Shown piece by piece: positions 48,000 to 57,166 of a stretch of DNA of 64,000 bases. The position numbers and the translations under genes are program-made. The notes under the pieces are model-generated. The model searched no databases. It saw only the letters and a program-made list of their open reading frames with translations, and had not been told where the DNA came from. This stretch comes from an uncultured virus (IMG/VR IMGVR_UViG_3300020727_000006) (Duplodnaviria > Heunggongvirae > Uroviricota > Caudoviricetes). Each line of letters opens with the position of its first letter. Position 1 is the stretch's first letter. The stretch lies in the IMG/VR virus record IMGVR_UViG_3300020727_000006; one strand, written 5' to 3'.

Positions 48000-48002
48000 A
48001 GT

Positions 48003-48863
48003 ATGAACAGAAATGAAAAAATAGAATACCCATATGTGGAATTCTATTTGACACATAGCTGCAACTTATCTTGTTCAAACTGTAACAGATTTAATAATTT
48101 TAATATCCATGGCAGAACTGATTGGGCAAAAAATGTAACAATCTATGAAGAATGGAGCAAATACATTGACTTTAAATTAATAGGCATAATTGGTGGAGAG
48201 CCGCTGTTACACCCTGAACTAGCAGACATATGTACCGATATACGAAAATTTTGGCCTAATGCAGAGATTATGTTAGTAACCAATGGCCTTATTTTTGAAA
48301 ATTTAAAAAACATTAATGTTGTTAATTCAATAATCCAAAATAATATAGACCTTAGAATTAGCATACATGATTCCAAGTTTGCATCCTCTGTACACAAAGG
48401 AATAGAAAAATGTTTTGGAAAATTAAAAATAAAATCTCAACAAAATGATCCTTTGTTTTCAACTAAAGGAAAAACATCATCTGGTGTAAAGATTGAGTTA
48501 TGGAAATTTACTCATTTTCATTCTGTTGCTTTAAAGAAAAATAATAACCATTACATATTACACGATAGCGAGAGTGCAAGGGCACATCATACATGCGATA
48601 TGAAACATTGCCATGAGTTTTATGATGGACAATTATATAAGTGCGGCATGGTACTAACCCTACCAAACCTGTATGATAGTAAAAAAATACATATAGAAAT
48701 AAACGATAGCGATGTAGAATTGTTGAAAAGTTACCGCCCATTAACCATCGAAAATATAAAAAATAATCCAGAGTTTTCTGTTGAACACCTACAAAATGTC
48801 ATTCCTCAGTGCAAATTTTGCCCCGAAAAATACGAAAATTCTTTAATATTTCAGGAAAAATAA
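48003..48863 (+). CDS. radical SAM protein
   Basis: CNLSCSNC, IGGEPLLHP, VTNG; C-terminal C..C/LYKC/CKFCP. Confidence 0.88.
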   Translation: MNRNEKIEYPYVEFYLTHSCNLSCSNCNRFNNFNIHGRTDWAKNVTIYEEWSKYIDFKLIGIIGGEPLLHPELADICTDIRKFWPNAEIMLVTNGLIFENLKNINVVNSIIQNNIDLRISIHDSKFASSVHKGIEKCFGKLKIKSQQNDPLFSTKGKTSSGVKIELWKFTHFHSVALKKNNNHYILHDSESARAHHTCDMKHCHEFYDGQLYKCGMVLTLPNLYDSKKIHIEINDSDVELLKSYRPLTIENIKNNPEFSVEHLQNVIPQCKFCPEKYENSLIFQEK

Positions 48864-48923
48864 TGCTTGACAACCCCTAAATCTGTGTTATATTAAATTA
48901 TAGTCAACTGATGGAGAACGGTA

Positions 48924-49331
48924 ATGGCTTACATGTCGCAGGAAAAGAAGTCCAAAATTGCCCCCACAATCAAGAAAATCCTTGCCAAATACGGCGTTAA
49001 GGGTTCGTTGGCGGTTCAAAACCATATGACCCTTGTGCTTAATGTCAAGAGCGGCCCTATTGATTTTATCCAGAATTACAATGACACGGTTGGTAATCAA
49101 CCTGGCGGTTTCCGTCTTGGTTCGCCAGCGGTTGACCATGTTGATGTCAATCCTTACCACTATGAAAATCATTTTTCTGGCAAGGCTAAAAACTTCTTGA
49201 AGGAAATTTTGACTGCCATGAATGATGGCAACCATGACCGTAGCGATGTCCAATCGGATTACTATGATATTGGATGGTATGTTGATGTCAATATCGGCAA
49301 GTGGAACAAACCTTATCAACTGATTGGATAA
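48924..49331 (+). CDS. conserved early phage protein
   Basis: Promoter TTGACA(48867)-N16-TATATT, GGAG SD; D.QSDYY..GWY...IGKW.KPY. Confidence 0.75.
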   Translation: MAYMSQEKKSKIAPTIKKILAKYGVKGSLAVQNHMTLVLNVKSGPIDFIQNYNDTVGNQPGGFRLGSPAVDHVDVNPYHYENHFSGKAKNFLKEILTAMNDGNHDRSDVQSDYYDIGWYVDVNIGKWNKPYQLIG

Positions 49332-49334
49332 CCA

Positions 49335-49676
49335 ATGACTACCAATGCTTACATTTTTATGTGGTGTAATGAGGGACTTGATAGCCTAGTCCCCATTACA
49401 CAATACGAAGATCAACAGTTGATTGATGCAGTCACGCATGGCGCAATTGTGCCTAGCAAAGTAGACCATATATTAACTTTCATGGCACTACGAGCACGGT
49501 TTAATTCGCAACGAGTATATGAAATTTATGCGATGGATTGTAGTGAAGATTTAGGCGAAGATGATCTGCGTCAGTGCTTTGATGATGACCCACAGGGAAT
49601 CGTAGACCTTATTCGTGAGCGTGGTGTTAAACTTTATAGCGATTATAGTGGTAAAAAAACTAAAATTATCGCTTGA
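49335..49676 (+). CDS. hypothetical protein
   Basis: Operon-packed 113 aa. Confidence 0.65.
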   Translation: MTTNAYIFMWCNEGLDSLVPITQYEDQQLIDAVTHGAIVPSKVDHILTFMALRARFNSQRVYEIYAMDCSEDLGEDDLRQCFDDDPQGIVDLIRERGVKLYSDYSGKKTKIIA

Positions 49677-49726
49677 CAATCTAAAAATATATGCTATTGT
49701 AAGAATATAAGCAATGGAGAAAACAA

Positions 49727-49945
49727 ATGACCGTCAATGAAGCAACTGCTCTCGCCGCCCGTATCGAGTCTGTTCTTGCACGACACAAGCGTTCTGAAAT
49801 TTCACAGGCAGATACGCTTGCGGAAATTCATTATATTGCTAATGACCTTCGTGATTATGCAGATAATCTTGATCGTGCAATGTACGAAGAACTTGGACAT
49901 GCCCTTGAACGGTATGATGATGCAATGATGGTAAAGGGAGTATAA
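49727..49945 (+). CDS. early hypothetical protein
   Basis: Promoter TTGACA(49673)-N16-TATTGT, GGAG SD. Confidence 0.7.
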   Translation: MTVNEATALAARIESVLARHKRSEISQADTLAEIHYIANDLRDYADNLDRAMYEELGHALERYDDAMMVKGV

Positions 49946-49947
49946 AA

Positions 49948-50142
49948 ATGAGCAAGTTTATTGCAGAAGCTTTCGGTCTAATTGGATGGATTGCATTTGT
50001 CGCAATTCTTGTTATCGCTGGCCCACTTATTACAATTTGGGCGATGAATACGATGTTTCCTGCCTTGAATATTCCTATGAATTTTCAAACTTGGCTTGCA
50101 TCGCTCGTTCTTGGTAGTTTTTTCTCAAAAGTAAAGGTCTAA
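49948..50142 (+). CDS. small membrane protein
   Basis: Two hydrophobic segments; GGGAG SD. Confidence 0.65.
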   Translation: MSKFIAEAFGLIGWIAFVAILVIAGPLITIWAMNTMFPALNIPMNFQTWLASLVLGSFFSKVKV

Positions 50143-50146
50143 TAAA

Positions 50147-50287
50147 ATGAAGCGGTTCGTATTCAAGATGGAATGTGGCGGTGTATTTGATTGCATCGCT
50201 AGGAATTTTGAGGTAGCGTGTATCAGGTTTGAACAAAACCAAATGGGTTTTCGACCGCAAGATATTCTCTCAGTTCAAGAATGGTAA
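50147..50287 (+). CDS. 46-aa hypothetical protein not in ORF track (MKRFVFKMECGG...)
   Basis: Fills gap between the 50142 stop and the terminator; AAGG SD. Confidence 0.55.
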   Translation: MKRFVFKMECGGVFDCIARNFEVACIRFEQNQMGFRPQDILSVQEW

Positions 50288-50316
50288 AATAATCCCCCGA
50301 AAGGGGGATTATTTTT
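50286..50316 (+). terminator. intrinsic terminator
   Basis: aaaataatcccc-c-gaaa-g-ggggattatttt. Confidence 0.8.
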
Positions 50317-50330
50317 ATGTAAATACTTTC

Positions 50331-51710
50331 ATGGATTTTTTAGAAAAAATAAATGCTATTGCAAAAAAAACACAAGACCCTTTTTATTGGGACTGCATAG
50401 AATATATACAACAAATAATAAAAGAAAACAAAACATTAAAAGAAACTTTAGAATTAGTTGATCCTGAAAAATTTAACAAGCCAATAATAATCAACATAGA
50501 AAATAATAATAGTATCTTTCCAGCAAAGATAGGCATTGCTCCAAACAAAGCCGCTGTAGGATATGCTACCTATCAAAAAATACTAGACTATACAGAAAAC
50601 GAAACTGAAAAATATTATGCATATGATGAATCTAATAGTACTAGAGTCACACTAAATTTACTAAATCAAATTGATATGAACGATAAATTTATTTTTATTG
50701 TATATTTTTTTGATATTTGTAACAAATCTCATAGTCAATTAATAGAAAATCACCAATGGTTATTATTAAAAATAAAAGAATTTAAAAATAAATGTGATAA
50801 TTCTGGAAAAAAATTTATAGTCTTAATTAACGCGATATATGAAGCACCTACTTACAAATATAATCTAAATGGGTTTTGTGATTGTATATCGGAATTGTAT
50901 GATATACCACTTGAAAATATTATGATTTATAGTGGTGCACAATATCAAAACGATAAAAGAATAAAACATGTTAACAATTTAATCTGCGCAATACACGATT
51001 TCTCATTTGGAAAAACATTAGCAACATATGATCCGTTATATCATTATGTTAGTTTAGCTAGAATTGCCAGACCACATAGAATTTATGCAACAGTTGAAAT
51101 ATTAGATCGTAAATTAGATAAGTTTGGTCATATAAGTTTAGGAAGCGGATGGTATAATGATAGCAATGAAAATTTTGATTTGCGGATGGTTCCAGAACGG
51201 CACAAAGATCGTATGCCATTGATAATCGATGGAACGATAGCACATGGAACACACCATTTGCAATGGAGGGGCGAAGATGTACGCTTGACTCACGCATTTG
51301 TTAATCTTGTGCACGAAACAAGTTTTGATTATGATATTAATCCACGAACATGGAATGTTCCGTTTATTACAGAGAAAAGTACTAAACCTTTTATATGGGG
51401 ACAAGTTCCGATATTTAATACTATGCAAGGAAGTTTATCTGCAATAAGAGAATTAGGATTTGATTTGTTTGATGATATTATAGATCATAGCTATGATAAT
51501 GAATCCGACCCAATGACTAGAATAAAATTAGTTATAGACCAATTAGAGAAAATTTGTCAGTGGAGTTTAGAAGATTGTGTTGCATATAAGCAAAAAAATA
51601 TTGATAGGTTTATAAAAAATAGAGAAGTTTCTGAATACATTTATAACAAATATATTCCACATATAAATTTTACCAATTTAAAAATAGCACTTGACAGTTA
51701 TGACCTTTAA
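50331..51710 (+). CDS. GT-B-like protein, TEKS-KPF family paralog 1 (start revised)
   Basis: L.RIARPHR, VNLVHET, TEKSTKPF.WGQ.P, LGFDLFDDIIDHSY; TAAATA 5 nt before ATG. Confidence 0.65.
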   Translation: MDFLEKINAIAKKTQDPFYWDCIEYIQQIIKENKTLKETLELVDPEKFNKPIIINIENNNSIFPAKIGIAPNKAAVGYATYQKILDYTENETEKYYAYDESNSTRVTLNLLNQIDMNDKFIFIVYFFDICNKSHSQLIENHQWLLLKIKEFKNKCDNSGKKFIVLINAIYEAPTYKYNLNGFCDCISELYDIPLENIMIYSGAQYQNDKRIKHVNNLICAIHDFSFGKTLATYDPLYHYVSLARIARPHRIYATVEILDRKLDKFGHISLGSGWYNDSNENFDLRMVPERHKDRMPLIIDGTIAHGTHHLQWRGEDVRLTHAFVNLVHETSFDYDINPRTWNVPFITEKSTKPFIWGQVPIFNTMQGSLSAIRELGFDLFDDIIDHSYDNESDPMTRIKLVIDQLEKICQWSLEDCVAYKQKNIDRFIKNREVSEYIYNKYIPHINFTNLKIALDSYDL

Positions 51711-51724
51711 GTTATAATAATGAT

Positions 51725-51982
51725 ATGAGTCGTGTAATAGTAATTGATCAAACGCACAATTTAACCAAAGTTATGGAATGGCTGGAACGCAATGTTGGTC
51801 CAGTCACCAATGGCGGACTCATAACCGAAGGACTAGACCATATGCCAGAGGGTGCACATTGGAGACTTAAACATTCAACAATAACACCCAAAGGACAGCG
51901 AGTTGCCACTGGACTTTTTTGCGAGTTTGATGACACAGTAGATGAAGGCATCATCTTATATTTTGCACTGAGGTGGGTATAA
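51725..51982 (+). CDS. small protein, FxLRW family
   Basis: Ends DEGIILYFALRWV; leaderless promoter. Confidence 0.65.
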   Translation: MSRVIVIDQTHNLTKVMEWLERNVGPVTNGGLITEGLDHMPEGAHWRLKHSTITPKGQRVATGLFCEFDDTVDEGIILYFALRWV

Positions 51983-53169
51983 TTATTTTGGAAAAATATT
52001 ATATATTTTCATCTTCTTTTTCTACAAGCGTTAAAGATATCGAAGAAATAAAAAAATTTTTGAATAAATGCCATCTCTATAACAATTTTATTTTTGTTGT
52101 AAATTATAAAAGATATCAAAATGTTAATTTTTTTAAAAAAGAAATAATAAAAGAGCAATCAGAAATATTATTAAAGTATAAAAAATATTGCAGCAATAAT
52201 AATTTAAATTTTAAATTATTAATTTACGCTGGAACGGAAGCGCCAACATATAGAAACAACTTAACAAAATACTGTAATTATATTGTAGGATTATTAGACA
52301 TATCGTTATTTGACATAATAATATTTGGACAAGCTGAGCACCAATACAACGACAATGTAAATTTTGCAATCACTAATCTTAACAGCATTCATAAAAAAAT
52401 TTTTATCAATACCAATGCTAATCTTCTGCCTACTCATCATTTTGTTAGTTTATCACGAGTTGCTAAACCGCATAGATTATATTCAACTATTGAAATAATT
52501 AATAAAAAGTTAGACGCCTATGGAAAAGTAAGTTTATGTAGTGGATTTCATTATTCAGACAATGAAAGTAAAATCATACAGTTTCTGCCAGAAAAATATA
52601 AAAACATTATACCACTTGAAATAGATGGACAAATTATTGGCAATGATGATAAAATATTCTCTGGCATGTGTCCTTCTATACAATTAGCATTTGTTAATGT
52701 AGTGCAAGAATCTGCATATGAACCAGCATTAGATGATGAAATTTTAAAAATTTATAATATTAACGATCCTTGGTTAAAAAGAAAAAATGAAAAATACAAA
52801 CACACATATTGGAGTGTAAACAGTTTTACTGAAAAAAGTATGAAACCTTTTGCGTGGGGGCAAATACCCCTCTTCAATTGTGTACATGACAATATAAAGT
52901 ATATTCGTAAATTAGGATTTGATTTATTCGATGATATTATAGATCATAGTTATAATAATATATCAGACCCTATATCTAGAATAGATGCAATGTTGAACGA
53001 ATTGAAAAAAATATGTCAATGGTCAATAGACGATTGTATAAAATACAAAGTAAAAAACATGTCACGGTTTATTAAAAATAGAGAAATTGCTAAAGAATTA
53101 GATGATTTTAAATTTAAAGAAATGGCAACATTCAGTCTACAATCAGCGATTGACAAATACAACATTTAG
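51973..53169 (+). CDS. GT-B-like protein, TEKS-KPF family paralog 2
   Basis: LSRVAKPHR, TEKSMKPFAWGQIP, LGFDLFDDIIDHSY. Confidence 0.65.
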   Translation: MGIIILEKYYIFSSSFSTSVKDIEEIKKFLNKCHLYNNFIFVVNYKRYQNVNFFKKEIIKEQSEILLKYKKYCSNNNLNFKLLIYAGTEAPTYRNNLTKYCNYIVGLLDISLFDIIIFGQAEHQYNDNVNFAITNLNSIHKKIFINTNANLLPTHHFVSLSRVAKPHRLYSTIEIINKKLDAYGKVSLCSGFHYSDNESKIIQFLPEKYKNIIPLEIDGQIIGNDDKIFSGMCPSIQLAFVNVVQESAYEPALDDEILKIYNINDPWLKRKNEKYKHTYWSVNSFTEKSMKPFAWGQIPLFNCVHDNIKYIRKLGFDLFDDIIDHSYNNISDPISRIDAMLNELKKICQWSIDDCIKYKVKNMSRFIKNREIAKELDDFKFKEMATFSLQSAIDKYNI

Positions 53170-53183
53170 TATATAATAAAGAT

Positions 53184-53495
53184 ATGAATAATAGTTTTCC
53201 TATTCCTGTTCCAGGTCAAATGTGGTATGATTCACTAGAATTAAAATTCTTTGATGGCACCGATTGGATAACTATTAAAAAAATGAAACCTATAAAAAAC
53301 GATATTGCAGTAACTTATATATGGAAGCGCAAGTTTGCCTTTATGCCACATCGTTGCAAATTATCAGGCAATATCATATGGTTAAAATATGGTATGTGCG
53401 GAGAACACAGCATGAGCGGTTGGGCAGGTAAGTTAATTGAATATCGTTGGCATGATGAACACGAGCATCTAACTTGGGTAATTAAAAATGTTTGA
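53184..53495 (+). CDS. hypothetical protein
   Basis: Leaderless promoter; W.RKFAFMPHRC..SG..IWLK. Confidence 0.6.
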   Translation: MNNSFPIPVPGQMWYDSLELKFFDGTDWITIKKMKPIKNDIAVTYIWKRKFAFMPHRCKLSGNIIWLKYGMCGEHSMSGWAGKLIEYRWHDEHEHLTWVIKNV

Positions 53496-53706
53496 TGTGC
53501 CAAAAGATATGGTTCATAAATGGTTATATTATGAAACTGGGTTTGAACAGTTTCATCCAATTCCAGATATTATTCGTTGGATGGAAGAACAAGGTTATCT
53601 ATATGGCAGGGATTGGAAAGTAGATACTTTTACTGGACACAAATATTATATTATATTTCCTAATGATGAAATAGCAGCATTATTTGTAGCACGATGGTCG
53701 GCATGA
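53488..53706 (+). CDS. small protein, FxLRW family
   Basis: Ends FPNDEIAALFVARWSA. Confidence 0.65.
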   Translation: MFDVPKDMVHKWLYYETGFEQFHPIPDIIRWMEEQGYLYGRDWKVDTFTGHKYYIIFPNDEIAALFVARWSA

Positions 53707-53957
53707 TTGATTTAGATTTTACAAATGGTTTTTGGATTCCAAATAGCTGGCATGAAAAAAAATCAGAATCTGGTACCATGTGGAGAAATTTTGCGGCGTA
53801 TTGTCAGAGCAAAGGTGCTTTCAATGAAGTTGTGTTGTTGACTGAGTTCAATGCCAAAGCACAACGATATGCGGGTGATGATGATGGCGATGACCAATGG
53901 TTTGTGCGATTTAATACACCCGAAGACTATACTTTTTTTGTAATGAAATTTGCATAA
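53694..53957 (+). CDS. small protein, FxLRW family
   Basis: Ends FNTPEDYTFFVMKFA. Confidence 0.65.
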   Translation: MVGMIDLDFTNGFWIPNSWHEKKSESGTMWRNFAAYCQSKGAFNEVVLLTEFNAKAQRYAGDDDGDDQWFVRFNTPEDYTFFVMKFA

Positions 53958-54184
53958 TGGCTAAAATGAGAGTACACGAGTTAGGACCAACTCGCTGGCA
54001 TATGAGTGTGTGGTTTAATAACGACGATGGCAGCGTAAATTGGGAGTTTAAGAAGTGGATGGCTGACAACTATCCAGATTGCCTTTGCATACACAGATTT
54101 AACAATGGCGAACCATATTGGGAATTGCGCGGCGGTGACCAAGCAGATCAAGCATTTATTGCTATGCGTTGGGGCGGCGAGTAA
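53957..54184 (+). CDS. small protein, FxLRW family
   Basis: Ends DQAFIAMRWGGE. Confidence 0.6.
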   Translation: MAKMRVHELGPTRWHMSVWFNNDDGSVNWEFKKWMADNYPDCLCIHRFNNGEPYWELRGGDQADQAFIAMRWGGE

Positions 54185-54192
54185 ATAAAGTC

Positions 54193-55326
54193 ATGAAAAT
54201 ATCAATGATCGGTTTAGGCAAACTTGGACTAGAAGCAGCCAATGTTATCAATAAAAGTTATCCTGTAATAGGATATGATATTAATACCGTGGTAGCACCA
54301 TTTCCAGTGGTCAATACCATAAAAGATGCTATAAAAAATAGTAAATTTATTTTCGTAGCGGTTCCTACACCGCACCATAGTGAGTATAGTGGCAGCAATC
54401 CTACCAGTCACCTACCACCAAAAGATTTTGATTATACTATATTAAAAAATGTTTTAACAGAAATTGCAAAGCACCTTGAACCAGAACAACAAGTTTGCGT
54501 AATATGCACTGTTATGCCAGGCACAACTCGCCGTGAATTGGCAACAATCATTCCTAATATTTTATATAATCCAACTGTAATTGCGCAAGGCACTGTTGCC
54601 AAAGATTTTGAAAATCCTGAGATTGTAATCGTAGGCGGTGAGTCAAACAATCCAAACCGCGCTAAACTAGCGCAATTCTATCGCAGTATTAATGGTGAAA
54701 GTGTTCATCTTGTTGAAGGTGAATGGGAAGATGCTGAACTTACAAAAATATTCTATAATACATTTTTAACTTATAAAATCACGCTTGCCAATACAATTCA
54801 CGATATGGTTCAAAAACTTGGTCATGGGAATAGTGATATCGTGACCGATGGTTTAGCTAATTGCACCCGTAAGATAAGCGCACCAGCCTATATGACTGCT
54901 GGTATGGGCGTAGGTGGTCCTTGTCATCCTCGTGATATTATTGCAATGAATTGGTTTAGCCAAAGTATTAACCTTGGGTATGATTTATTTGGAAATCTAA
55001 GCCAAATCCGTGAAATTCAAGCTAAAAACCTAGCTGATAAACTATCTAGTTATGGATTGCCAGTTGTAATATTAGGGCGCGGATTTAAAGAAAACCTTGC
55101 GCAGCATGATGGAAGTTATGCGCTGCTCGTTGGACATTATATAGATGGAGTTAGCTATCATGATCCACTCAATAACATTGAATATAGCGGCGATAACCCA
55201 GTTGTATATCTTGTAAGTTATCATCACGATTGGTTAAAGGATTATAACTTTATTCCTAATAGTATCATAATTGATCCTTGGCGTAAAAATTTATCAATAC
55301 CAAATTGTAATGTTATTAACTTTTAG
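54193..55326 (+). CDS. UDP-glucose/GDP-mannose dehydrogenase family protein (start revised)
   Basis: IGLGKLG, AVPTP, TV.PGT, AELTK..YN, GGPCHPRD, G.GFK. Confidence 0.9.
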   Translation: MKISMIGLGKLGLEAANVINKSYPVIGYDINTVVAPFPVVNTIKDAIKNSKFIFVAVPTPHHSEYSGSNPTSHLPPKDFDYTILKNVLTEIAKHLEPEQQVCVICTVMPGTTRRELATIIPNILYNPTVIAQGTVAKDFENPEIVIVGGESNNPNRAKLAQFYRSINGESVHLVEGEWEDAELTKIFYNTFLTYKITLANTIHDMVQKLGHGNSDIVTDGLANCTRKISAPAYMTAGMGVGGPCHPRDIIAMNWFSQSINLGYDLFGNLSQIREIQAKNLADKLSSYGLPVVILGRGFKENLAQHDGSYALLVGHYIDGVSYHDPLNNIEYSGDNPVVYLVSYHHDWLKDYNFIPNSIIIDPWRKNLSIPNCNVINF

Positions 55327-56044
55327 GCATGAAGTTAGCAACTATATAATCAAATAGTTTACGAAAACCAACTCTGCTTGGTTCACTATTTTTTGTAAAA
55401 TTATTTACTATGTCATCTGATAAAAAATCGTGTAATGATTCAACTACTGGAATAAGATATTTGTAATTTTTCATAAGATTTAAATCTAATTTACCACCAC
55501 CGCCTATACAATGAATAGGCATATAAATGCTGTTTAATTTGCTATATATTTCATCTAGTGGTTCATTGGTTTCTGATTGAAACCAAATAGTCATTCTAGG
55601 TTCTGCATCCCAATCAATAGTATCAATTCTAGGAACTGATTTATTCCACCAAAAAAGATCATCTAACTCTTCATTGAGCCAGTCTTTCATAAATTCTTCT
55701 TTATCAGTATATTTAAAATATATTGGTTTTGTTCCACCATCTAATAAATGTCTTTGAACTTTTCTTCCATTGAAATAAAGCCATTGGGTATATCTAATTT
55801 CTCCCGTATCTGGATCACGCTCAAAAGGTATTGGAAAAGCTGCTCTGATAGCATTATAACTATCCAAATTTGTTGCATAGTATGATGATATATTGTTTAC
55901 GCTGCACCCAATGTTACGAAAGTACGCTTCTAATCCACGATGGGAAATGTTTTTCTCTTTTACTATTTTTTTTGTAACAGGGTCAATTTTAGAATTTGCC
56001 CATTCACCAAGACCATACCTGTCGCCGCTTATTAATATATGCAT
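55316..56044 (-). CDS. degenerate SGNH-like hypothetical protein
   Basis: ILISGDRYG.GEW; TAAATA 5 nt before ATG. Confidence 0.5.
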   Translation of the reverse strand: MHILISGDRYGLGEWANSKIDPVTKKIVKEKNISHRGLEAYFRNIGCSVNNISSYYATNLDSYNAIRAAFPIPFERDPDTGEIRYTQWLYFNGRKVQRHLLDGGTKPIYFKYTDKEEFMKDWLNEELDDLFWWNKSVPRIDTIDWDAEPRMTIWFQSETNEPLDEIYSKLNSIYMPIHCIGGGGKLDLNLMKNYKYLIPVVESLHDFLSDDIVNNFTKNSEPSRVGFRKLFDYIVANFMPKS

Positions 56045-56101
56045 GACAATATTTACAAAAAAGTATTTGACATTTTTTAAAAATATAGTATTATTATTAA
56101 T

Positions 56102-56239
56102 ATGAAAGATAATCTAATAGAACGGATAGATGAATTGTTAAAAAGTCACGGACATCTGTCCGAATTTCGGCCATTTGTAAAGATTCTAATTGAAGTTCGA
56201 GAACAGCTAGCAAAAAAGAAAGAGAAATCACATGCCTAA
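56102..56239 (+). CDS. 45-aa hypothetical protein not in ORF track (MKDNLIERIDELL...)
   Basis: Directly after TTGACA(56067)-N16-TATTAT. Confidence 0.55.
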   Translation: MKDNLIERIDELLKSHGHLSEFRPFVKILIEVREQLAKKKEKSHA

Positions 56240-56316
56240 TTGGTGTAAATAATTTATTTGACAATGTTTATTTTTTATGATAGGATACATAATCAATTTA
56301 AAAACAGGAGGTTACA

Positions 56317-56934
56317 ATTCCAAACTGGTGCTATAACAGTGCAAAGTTTACGCATAAAGACCCTGCAATGATTGCACGAGTTGCAAAGGGGTTTAATGAA
56401 GGAAAATTGTTTAGCGAATTTGATCCAACTCCGCCAGAATTGCTTGAGGGTGAGCCTGTTGGTGAGAATTATGTTGAGCGCAATGCAGCTCGTGAAAAAG
56501 AAAACGAAGAAAAATTTGGTTACAAAGATTGGTACCAATGGAATATTAACAATTGGGGAACCAAGTGGGATGCCAATACTGAGGATCAAGACGCTGACTT
56601 GACTGATGGCGCTACTGAAATTTCTCTATCATTCGACACAGCGTGGGCACCACCAATCGAATGGTATCGCACAATGACCGATGAATTTGATTTTGAAGTT
56701 GAAGCCTACTATAATGAAGAGGGCATGGCGTTCTGTGGAAAGTATACATCAGAAGTTGATGACGATTTTTATGAATACAGCGACAAAGATGCTGATTGGG
56801 TGCGAGAAAACATTCCGCTAGACATCGATGACCACTGGAGTATTTCTATGTTCCTAGAAGACATGGCAGAAGAAGAAGACGAATTTGGCATGGACGATGC
56901 CGAAGATAACGACAGCGAAGAAGAATCTGAATAA
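56317..56934 (+). CDS. DUF1281/YubB-like protein with probable ATT start
   Basis: (I)PNWCYN, WY.W...NWGTKWD, FDTAWAPP, Y.EEGMAFCG; AGGAGG SD before ATT. Confidence 0.8.
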   Translation: MPNWCYNSAKFTHKDPAMIARVAKGFNEGKLFSEFDPTPPELLEGEPVGENYVERNAAREKENEEKFGYKDWYQWNINNWGTKWDANTEDQDADLTDGATEISLSFDTAWAPPIEWYRTMTDEFDFEVEAYYNEEGMAFCGKYTSEVDDDFYEYSDKDADWVRENIPLDIDDHWSISMFLEDMAEEEDEFGMDDAEDNDSEEESE

Positions 56935-56935
56935 A

Positions 56936-57166
56936 ATGGTCAGAAAAAGCAGTGAAATTATTGAAGATTTTATTGACTCGCTAGAGAAACTTATTGATAC
57001 TCTAGATGATGAATGGCATCACAACGATGAGGGCGAATGGCGAATGGCTGATAACATTCGTCAAACTGTGCTGCCGCATGCTAAAGAAAAATTCAAGGAA
57101 CACCTTGATGAATATATTGATCGTAGAATTGAAACATACTTAGAAAGAACAAAACAAAATGACTGA
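56936..57166 (+). CDS. small helical protein, paralog of 7572..7772 (start revised)
   Basis: Ungapped similarity ID..DD.W...R..D.I.Q.V...AKE.FK. Confidence 0.65.
   Translation: MVRKSSEIIEDFIDSLEKLIDTLDDEWHHNDEGEWRMADNIRQTVLPHAKEKFKEHLDEYIDRRIETYLERTKQND

Noticed and set aside
50229..50330. N-terminal extension of the 493-aa ORF
   Set aside because: Overlaps a small ORF and a terminator; the late promoter supports ATG 50331
56232..56320. Gene-60-like ribosomal hop from AAA-TAA to AAA at 56302
   Set aside because: It would duplicate PNWC, and the gap contains a promoter and a strong SD, so ATT initiation is simpler
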